A DNA stretch of 64,000 bases from Bugula neritina (Eukaryota > Animalia > Bryozoa). A model generated the notes under the pieces. That model was given only the letters and a program-made list of their open reading frames with translations. It was not told the origin of the DNA and searched no databases. How positions within the stretch are numbered: position 1 is the stretch's first letter; each line of letters opens with the position of its first letter. The stretch covers positions 13,873,801-13,937,800 of the forward strand of contig OZ037767.1 in the NCBI GenBank assembly GCA_964035545.1, given 5' to 3'. Below are positions 52,015 through 64,000 of this stretch, one piece after another. Position numbers and translations under genes: made by a program.

Positions 52015-54749
52015 TTTATTCCGTTTTACTTCAACATAATTATATATAGTTTAAATTATTGGATATCAATTTAACACAGTATATAATAGATATAATATAT
52101 TTAAATAAAGTTAGCTAAGAAAAAACCACACAGTAATATTACTTTATACTTTTTGATAAAATACTTTAAACTTTGTATGGACTGATGCTGTGCTTTATGG
52201 TTTGTCTAAGTTGTAGCTAATGGTCAACGGCACAGGTTTACTTGCTAGCTTTGTCACACTTTAATATCTCTGGAAGCAGCACTGAGTTGGGGGTAACCAA
52301 GTACAGTATTAGTACACACACTCTAAACTCCAGACCCAGAACCAATGCTCTCAGTGACTCAGTGCTGCTTTAAGCGATTTTCGTTACTCAACCCTTACAT
52401 AGGTGCATCTTAGATTAGCTGTGAATACGTCTTATAGATACATGTTTAAGCACATCCAACACTCTAGGTAGGTATATATGTTATGGGTGGCAGTTCCATT
52501 TACATTCCATGCAAATGATAACATTTTATACACATAATTTACACTTACAGACACAAATAATTGCTTACTTATAATTTAAATAGCTCAAAAAGAGCATATA
52601 TTGAAAAAGCATGGAATTATGATGAAGCTTACCTATGTTTTTGATATACCAGTGAATTAATTACCAAAGAGAACACGCCATAAAACAATACAGAAGTGCA
52701 TGTGTTTAGTACTGACTGACGTGTGGGTCTCTGATTTAGTTATTATCCTGTAATGAATCTGTATTTGATTTATCCCTAAACCAATTATAGACTGTGAATG
52801 TAAATGCGCTAACTGACATGCAGCTTGCATTAAATCAGTGTTTCACACTAAGTAACCAATAAAATCTGAACTCAAGTAGATCGACGCCAGGTGCACCACC
52901 CTTTTTTTGAAGTGCATAATTAACTAATACTAGTAGGCTAAGCTAGTACAGTTTGTGTAACCAAGTAACTATCAATACTGTATAGCGAATAATCAAACAG
53001 AAAGAGCTTATATTGAACTTTCCAGCTACTTCATTATCATCATAAATACTATTCACACTGCCCATTCATCCAGAAAGACATTTTAATTGTAATTGAATCA
53101 GTGATGAATTGAATTGACATCGTATAAACTTTCCAGTCGGCAATTAAATGACTTCAAAAAGTGAATCAAGATCATAGTAGAAACTAAACTGTGTTAACTG
53201 CAGTGTTTCTAGCTTTTAGGCTTGCCACAATCTATAACTTTATGGAGAGATTAGCTACCACAATATTTCAACTATTTAGCATTATCCAGCGGTTCATTTA
53301 GTAAAAACAATAGTGCTCGAGATAGAAAACTGTTTGATTATTGAATTGTTAAATAATTGATGTCAAAGTTGTGTTCTCCTGTAAAACAATAGCAGGAGGT
53401 AAATTTGAGAATGCAAACAAGTGTGAATGTTTTATCGACTGCTATTAGACTTGTATATCACTTAATTTGACAAATACAATGCAATCAGCTTCATCGTATT
53501 AGTTATTATAATAAATTTATTTATGTATAAATAACACTACAGCATCATGTAAGCTTAATTATCATAAAAAAATCAATAACATAACATAACAGTAATAAAA
53601 AATAAGAGTACATCTAATTAAAGTTTGATGGACAAAAGCATATAAGATGCCGAAACTCTGGGTCTATTGTGAATACATAGCAAGGAAAGTTGATGAATCA
53701 TAATAAAATTACTACTAGAACCAGATATTTAACATGTCTACATATGATTTGTTCCATCAGGTAAATTCTTAAGTTAAACAGAAAAACTACCAACTAAGGC
53801 AGAGCATAGGAAAGAGATAATTTTGGTGTAATTAGATAATGCTATTGACTACTCAATCTCCAATACATACTATACATATTGTAACGTATATAGAGTGCAG
53901 AAGGTGAAGAGGGGGAGTAACTCCTATGCTGGTTGAATAGTCGAGATGGAATTGTTGTGAAAGTTCTGCAAAGGAAAGATTACAAATGGACAGTTGAACT
54001 GAGAGAATACTAATGAAAGCATGCAGTAACCTGTCAGCACTGTTGTAAGATAACACAATCATCAACATTGCACACACAATTCCCTCACAACATCACCAGC
54101 CTCACCTTTACTGGCAAATTCTTATCACATTAGAGGTTTTTTCAATACGAATTAAAAAAGCATCTTCTAACATGGAAATACTATAGAATGACGAGGGAAT
54201 TAATTTCAAATATTAAGACAGAACTTTAGTAGCAGCTTTCGACCTGTGAAACTACTATTGTGACTACCAAGAGGAATCGGCATAACTCTGAAACCAGAAA
54301 CCAGTAAAGTGCTGCAACTCACTGCAAAGGTAAATTAAGAGATGGAATTCCAATTACAGGCACATTTGATAGCCTACTATACTATCGGATACCAATTGCT
54401 GGGGCACAGAAAACTAGCACCACTCTATATGAGCTAAGCAAATCAGGAACCTGGGCTTAAACAATCTTACAGTTACTACCAGGCACCAGCTGTGTCTGCT
54501 GTGGAGAAATATACTTTAACCCTCTGCCAAGTATAGTATATAATACTGTGGTGTAAGTAAAAGTGTAAGCAATAGTAGGTAAGGTTTGGTTCGACAGTTG
54601 ATTGATATATCTATTCCAATAGTGGTAGAAGGAATCCAAACAGGTAAGTGAGACACAATCAAGTCACACTCCTGACTCGCACCATACACTAAGACACAAT
54701 CAATGCAATCACTAATACATACCAGAAACAGAGACTAGGGGAGATAACT

Positions 54750-57700
54750 CTATTTCACTCCGAGTTTCTCTAAGCAACGCATTCCCTTCTCCTGATACTC
54801 TTTCTTAGAGATCCAGAAGGAGTCCTTGTCTTTCATGATGTCCGCTAGAACAGCTCCGCCCAGGAAAACCATGTGCTTCCTTCGAGGAGGGTCTTCTATG
54901 CGGATCTTGAATTTCTGCAAACGAGAAACACGTCCGAAATATTACACTGAGACAGAAAGTAGTTTAAGATGCCAACATGGAGATGCTGAAAGACTAGAAA
55001 AGGCACATATATCTATCTCTGCCATATTGCAGCTGTCTTGGGAAAATGAATACAGAAAATTTTTATACAGTTTAGCAGTTAATATCTATTAACGATACCG
55101 ATTTAAACCGGTCAGTCGTGCACAGAGATTACTCACAGATAGTTTCTGAGTGTCTCCTTTCAGCACCCTCTCCAAGTACAGCTGCTTAATCTCCCTTTCT
55201 AAACGTGAGGGTAGACCAGGGTACATGGTGGACCCTCCCGACAGCACAATGTGCTTGTAGAACTCTGGTCTACAAGCAAATCAGATTAATATAGCTAATT
55301 AATTAGTTACAGTCTTCAAGAAAAACTAGGAATGCACGGAAATAACAGTTGGATGAGGCAGGTTTCTGGTTGGTAAATAATCAAAGATAAATCAGCAGTT
55401 AAATTTGGAGTTGCCCACCCTTCTTATCACAGTTAAAGCAGTAGTACAAACTAACAAGAGTTTCTACTGACCTCGTATCAATGTCGGCAGCCTGGATGGT
55501 GTTGAAGAGAAGTTCGGCGATGCCGACAGCGTCTACGTTGATGAGGTGAGGCTGGAACAGAGCTTCTGGCGCGCCAAACCTCTCACCACCCACCTTGATG
55601 GTTCTGCCATCTGGAAGCTGTAACAACACACCACCACGTCTTGTATACAGCATACATGACTCGAGAATATTATATATACTCACACATCCATTAACTTAGT
55701 TGAATAAAATACACACATATCATGTGTAGGTGACATTATAATGTTGTGAGAAGTAATTGTAAGTCATGCTTTTAGGATATACGGATAATATGATTGGTTA
55801 AAGGCTACAGCTACTACAGGACCGGATGACACGATTGGTTAGAGAATACAGCCAATAGATGTTTAGTGCCATGAAAGTATTCAACTAGATGTAATTATAA
55901 ACAGCGGGCCAATTATCACCATGTAACAGGAAGTAAACATATGAACTAATTGGCCAGCTCGATGCAAATATATAATTCCATTTTATGGTTTAAGTTTAAA
56001 CATGAGAACACAGGTCTGTGAACGCAACCCAATCAGTTCTCCGAGTTTGAAATGATAAGGAAATTTATAAAAGAACATTAAACTAAAGTAGTACAATGGC
56101 ATGCCTATACAAGAAGGGATGGTAGACATACAAGAAGGGATGGTAGACATAAGAAGAGGTGGTAGACATATAAGAAGAGGTGGTAGACATATAAGAAGGG
56201 GTAGTAGACATATAAGAAGAGATGGTAGACATATAAGAAGGGATGGTAGACATATAAGAAGGGATGGTAGACATAAGAAGAGATGATAGACATACAAGAA
56301 GAAGTGGTAGACATATAAGAAGAGGTGGTAGACATATAAGAAGGGGTAGTAGACATATAAGAAGGGATGGTAGACATATAAGAAGGGATGGTAGACATAT
56401 AAGAAGAGGTGGTAGACATATAAGAAGGGATGGTAGACATATAAGAAGGGATGGTAGACATATAAGAAGGGATGGTAGACATAAGAAGAGATGATAGACA
56501 TATAAGAAGAGGTGGTAGACATATAAGAAGGGGTAGTAGACATATAAGAAGGGATGGTAGACATATAAGAAGAGGTGGTAGACATATAAGAAGGGATGGT
56601 AGACATATAAGAAGAGGTGGTAGACATATAAGAAGGGATGGTAGACATATAAGAAGGGATGGTAGACATATAAGAAGAGGTGGTAGACATATAAGAAGGG
56701 ATGGTAGACATATAAGAAGGGATGGTAGACATATAAGAAGAGATGGTAGACATATAAGAAGGGATGGTAGACATATAAGAAGGGATGGTAGACATATAAG
56801 AAGGGATGGTAGACATATAAGAAGAGGTGGTAGACATATAAGAAGGGATGGTAGACATATAAGAAGAGGTGGTAGACATATAAGAAGGGATGGTAGACAT
56901 ATAAGAAGGGGTAGTAGACATATAAGAAGAAGTGGTAGACATATAAGAAGAGGTGGTAGACATATAAGAAGAGGTGGTAGACATACACAACACATGTCTA
57001 TTGAACTAATGACCCGACAGCATATGAGCTGCCAATGAGTAAACCAAGCCTGAGTACCAAGACAACTTACCGTGTACGACTCAACCAAAACTGTGGTCTC
57101 TAGGGCTAATTTCTCTTCTTGCTCGATGTCGTAGGCAACATAAGCTAGCTGCTCTTTCATCATCCTAATAGTTTCAAAGTCCGCCGAGTGGTTGAATGCA
57201 TAGCCTCGGAGGAGAAGCAACTGAAAGAGAAGGTGAGGGCATCACTGGAGAGCCCCTACTTATCCAGCTAGTTCATGCAAAGAACATAGCCTATGCAGAG
57301 TCACTGTGTAGTGATATTTCAACTCATTAGCGCCACAAGAAAATACAAGAACCAAACTGTAAAGAGTCAAAATAATTACACTGCACTAGCTATGCTCTAC
57401 CACTTACCTTGATGAGGTACCTAGTGACATCACTTCCTGTCTTACTTACCTTGATAAGGTACCTAGTGATGTCCCGGCCTGCAATGTCGAGGCGTTTAGT
57501 GAGGTGGGGAAGAGCGAAACCCTCGTACACCGGGCATATGTGGGTGACGCCGTCGCCGCTGTCTACCACTACGCCGGTCAGCAAACCTTGTGCATACAGA
57601 GTCAGCACGGCCTGTATCGCTATGTATACGCCTTCAAACCCATACTTCTCAAACATCACCTGCAGTAGCATTAACATTATCATCAAGGATGGTGAAGGAA

Positions 57701-60421
57701 AGTTTGTATCTATTTCATTATCTAGTATATTTAATATTTTGCTGAATAAACTTCTTTCAAAATAATTTCTCAATAAGAGCATGGGTTTCTAAAACCTTAG
57801 AAAATCATTTTGTAACCTAAACACAGTTTTATAGACAGCTGTTTAGAGAGCATAAGTGTGACGCACCTCAACCATCTTCTCTCTGTTTTTACTAGGATTC
57901 ATAGGTGGCTCAGTAAGTAGGATTTTACAATCTTTAGGATTAATATTCAGTTTCTCTTCTCCGAATGTGTAGTCCCAGACATGCAGCATGTCCTCCCAGT
58001 TCCTTACTATGCCATTCTCCATTGGGTAGTTTACCTGCGCAGACAATCAATGTAATTTACTAACTTTTACCTACAGTAAAAATATTGATGCTGCAGTTAG
58101 AAAACACGGCCAACATTAATCACTGGCTTGAAAGACAAGGCATCCAACGCAGCTCATGAAATTAGTTGCATGATAAAATAACAAATGGTTCTTTTTACTT
58201 ATTTTACTAAAATTTATGTAAAAAGCAGGGTTGGGGTAATTGCAATAATTTGTAATTGTAATTGGTTGTAATTAAATACATTTTTTCAAGAAATTGAATG
58301 CAATTAGTAATTAATGTATAAAAATGTGATTGTAATTATAATTAACTACATATCCAATGTAAGTGGTTTTTACAATTACTTTATAATTGCGTGTCAATTA
58401 CTTCAAATTTTTAAATCATTAAAGTTCATATATTTCCTACCAGGTCTTCTGTTAAATAAAAAATTCAGATTAATTTAATGTAGTAATGTATCACTGTTGA
58501 GAACAAAGGAGGTTCTCCCCTGTCAAAATTGATAGTTGGACCACAGAAGTGAGAGTTTATAACTTTTATTCATCTCTTGTGAGAACAAAAGTATTTGTAA
58601 TTGTAATGAATTACATTACCTTTTAACTGTAATTAGAATTGTAACTGACAAAGATTTTAGTAATTATAATTAATTACATTCCCTAGTAAAAAGAATAATT
58701 TGTTTTAGGATTTTAGCCTAAGAGGATTCATACCGGTCCACTGATAATATCTGGTTATTGCTTCATGTCATTCATGATACGATGACAATAACAAGTTGAA
58801 TTTACAGCAAATACATGCAAAGCTTAAATGACAGATCATGATGAAAAGATAAAATTTTGAACCACCAATGCAACTATATCATACAATATCTTAAGAATTA
58901 CTGTAACTTATAAAGACGGTGGGACTAAGTGCTTTTGTCCATGATATCTCAAACTAGACTAAGTACCTAAATAAATTAGCCTGTGCACTCACCTCAAGCA
59001 TGGAGCGGAGTTTTGAGGCATCGTCTCCTACCATTAAGTCTTTGATTTGAATATCCCCGACTTGAGTCGTGGCTCTGATGACAGGCCGGCCGACCAATGA
59101 GGGGAATATGTGTGCAGGAAAGTTGGCTCCAGCAAAGCCACATTTCACAAACTAAAACAACCACCCTAAAATATTACTCAGAGAGAAATAAGTTTCCAAT
59201 AAGTGAAGATATTATGTACTTTTTATATCATTAGAAAACTGACTATTGTACTGATTGTATTTAATCTGAAGCTAATTTTATTAAAAGTAAACTTCATGGT
59301 ATAGGAAAGCAAAAATGTAAAGAATATATCTAATGATGTCTAACTTAGTTTGAAAACATTTATCTTGCTATAGGCAAGGCTAAGTTTCCTAGCAATAAGT
59401 GGCAAATGACTGTCACTGTAGGTTTGAGCTGAAAGCAACAAATAAAAATAACAATTTTTTATGTGGACTACAAAATCAACAAATTCTGACTTGGTAATAC
59501 TAATACTTTCTACTGAAGCAGAATTAATGATTGTTAAAACTAAACTAAACCTATTATAAATTTAAAGTTAAATTCAAGTAAATTATCTAATTTCATCGTC
59601 ATTTTGGTTACAGCCATAGCCTATAGGACTAAGTGATAGGCATGCATTACTTGTAAAAAAGACAAGTAAAACTGAATATCAATAATTATCATAATTATAA
59701 ACTATAGTAAATTCGAATTGTTACACTTGTGGTAATACTTATTTTTTAGACTTATACTTATAGTATTAGTTATACGTTTATTAGCAAGGTGAGTTATAGT
59801 AATAGTTATTGTGTATAGAACATTATGATTATCATAATCATTATGATAATATTTTTATTTATATGCAAAGTTTAAAATTAATATAATTTTATTAATTATG
59901 ATTGCTTTGTCTGCTAAATTAATATGTATATGAACATCAACAGAATCATCACTGCGAAGCCATGGCATTTGTATTCTTTAACTCAATTATCTTCACAAAA
60001 ATTGTCTTTGCTAAAGTTGAACTTTTAGTTTAAATATAACTTATACTTATACTTATAGTTATAAGTTTGAGTTTGGGTTTCAGTTTGAGTTTGAGCTTGG
60101 TTGCAACTTTTACTTTGTTGCTGCTCTTGGCTTTGAACTTGTTTTTAACATTATAGTTGCCTTTAGTCATTAGAGCTATTGAAAAATTGTAGTATAAATA
60201 AAAGGTAAAATGGCTCAGTACAGGAAAATTATGTAAATTTATTAGTTACTTCCTAGTTTGAAAATTCTGAGTTGCAGGAACCGATTACGAGAGGTGAAGT
60301 TATCGTCATAAAATCACTACCTTTAAACAAAAGAAAACAAACTACAAATAATTTTGAACTATAAAATACATACCCCAGTTCCATTATCACAGACAACTAT
60401 CTTTTTTCCTTGACTATCCAT
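54750..60421 (-). CDS. ACTR2: Actin-related protein 2 (Arp2/3 complex subunit), 392 aa
   Basis: Exons 60421-60374, 59151-58993, 58034-57867, 57659-57450, 57220-57071, 55617-55472, 55269-55137, 54914-54750. Sequence [24 protein letters not shown]...[16 protein letters not shown]...[13 protein letters not shown]...[17 protein letters not shown] is diagnostic for ARP2. Confidence 0.97.
56105..56985. repeat. 21-bp minisatellite (GGTAGACATATAAGAAGGGAT variants) x about 42 in ARP2 intron 5
   Basis: Direct inspection; explains the repetitive ORFs at 55983-57220. Confidence 0.95.
57402..57482 (-). repeat. 42-bp tandem duplication of the ARP2 exon-4 end plus donor
   Basis: GACATCACTAGGTACCTTATCAAG|GTAAGT followed by GATGTCACTAGGTACCTCATCAAG|GTAAGT. 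Confidence 0.9.
58226..58680 (+). mobile_element. AATTAC-rich dispersed repeat, copy 2
   Basis: Begins CAGGGTTGGGGTAATTG; homologous to 23335-23800. Confidence 0.75.
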
Positions 60422-60514
60422 ATTGATGATAGAGGATTAATTTTTTATATTTTACAAGGATTCCGTCTCTAGGAGTTAGGAATCCTTGACCTGGTCCAAC
60501 AATCAAATACTCAC

Positions 60515-60625
60515 TTAGAAATTAAAGCTAACAGCTATTGGATGTTCCTTTACGCACTACCCAATAAATGGCGGTTTTGTAACTGGTAATGCAGCTCTAA
60601 CTATTTCCGCCTCGCCCATTTTCAG
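60515..60625. promoter_or_regulatory. Putative bidirectional promoter for ARP2 and ribokinase
   Basis: Head-to-head genes; locally CpG-containing patch with a YY1-like AAATGGCGG (about 60566-60574) and CCAAT/ATTGG words. Candidate 5'UTR donors on both strands (60514 minus, 60586 plus); RBKS 5'UTR acceptor at about 61509. Confidence 0.45.
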
Positions 60626-61533
60626 TATTTTCAGTGAATATTCATATTGATATTATTAAACTTAATTTAATTAGCTAAATGAGAGTGATTCTATCAGTCG
60701 TGATATTTAAAATAATCAAATAAAGTTTTTGCTTCAATATTCCGACTAAATTTATGAGTAGTAAACAAAATTTGTGTTAACTACTGTCTCTGTAAATCTA
60801 AAGATTAAGATAATCATTCTGAATCCAGTTTAAAATTAGGCCAGTTTTCGAAGAGTAAGCCCAAATTTATAAATTTTGAAGCAAGACTAAATACAGTTGT
60901 TTAGGTGTTGAGCATTTTAAATGATTACATCACTTTATTTTGGAGTGCTTATTTTAGTATTATCCTGATACTACTTACTGCTTTATTAGTTATTACTATT
61001 AGATTTAGTATAACTATAACTAAAATTAGACTTAGTAAAATATGTATATTCTCGATGTAGCCTAATCTTTTGTTTAGTAACAATTGATATGCTAATTTGC
61101 ATTTTTAAATAATGTAACAAATATTTAATATGAGTATTTGGAGAAGATATAAAACTGTGGTTTTGGCTGATAGTTTTTATTTAGTAGTCAAACGAATTAT
61201 TAACTTTAAGTGATGTAATATGTTGTAATATATGCATTTTCTTAAACTTATGATAAGTCACAAGCATCGTTGAGTAACAATTATAACATATTATGTAAAG
61301 AATTATTTGAACTCGTGTGCTAGTTATTGAATAAGCAATGTAAAGTAAAAGACTGTTGAATTACAAAATCAATGTGAAAAGTAAGAAAGCAGTGAGTCAA
61401 CTTGAATTTATTTTGTATTAGGCCTATTCAGAAAAATTCACTGACTTATGAGTCGTTTGAACAACTTTTAAAAGGCATTAAAATAATTCTTAAGTTTATT
61501 TTTCTGCAGGTCTACCACACCTGATACTTTACA

Positions 61534-63817
<2,284 letters not shown>

Positions 63818-64000
63818 GTAAGTTGATTTTATTCATGTCGAATCATGAAATAGTTTTAAATAGTTTAAATATAACTAGGCAGCAAGTTGTAGTGACAGCA
63901 AATATAATCAAAGATTTTTTTTATTACTCCGTTTCATATTTTGTACCATTATAATGCTTGGGACGTATTGATTTTAACCACATATGTTTTGTGCAATGTA

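Noticed and set aside
55983-57220. Long repetitive ORFs (MSTIPSY, LYVYHPF, RRDGRHI, LLICLPS) as novel repeat proteins
   Set aside because: They are translations of a 21-bp intronic minisatellite that is open in several frames; ARP2 splices cleanly across it.

Overview
AT-rich, intron-rich animal genomic DNA from an invertebrate (taxon cannot be determined from sequence alone). Most long ORFs in the ORF track are minisatellite artefacts, so I rebuilt the genes by hand from GT-AG phase-compatible exons. There are nine genes, in order: calpain-type penta-EF-hand C-terminus (+, 5'-partial); CD225/dispanin-like membrane protein (-); a RING-H2 gene absent from the ORF track (-); Arkadia/RNF111-like SIM-RING E3 ligase (-); short-form ALG13 (+); DCST2-like DC-STAMP/RING protein (+); an unrecognised coiled-coil + Death-domain protein (-); ARP2/ACTR2 (-); and ribokinase (+, 3'-partial), head-to-head with ARP2. 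Mobile DNA comprises a full-length decayed Tc1/mariner, five copies of one tRNA-derived SINE, and several MITE/foldback families. The most unusual signal is that five tandem arrays in four different genes each copy a real exon edge together with its splice site (units 69, 33, 48, 29 and 42 bp). These produce ladders of alternative donors/acceptors, including an in-frame micro-exon/mini-intron array in the RNF111-like gene and a mostly synonymously diverged duplicated exon end in ARP2. Gene models are manual and not confirmed by transcript data.
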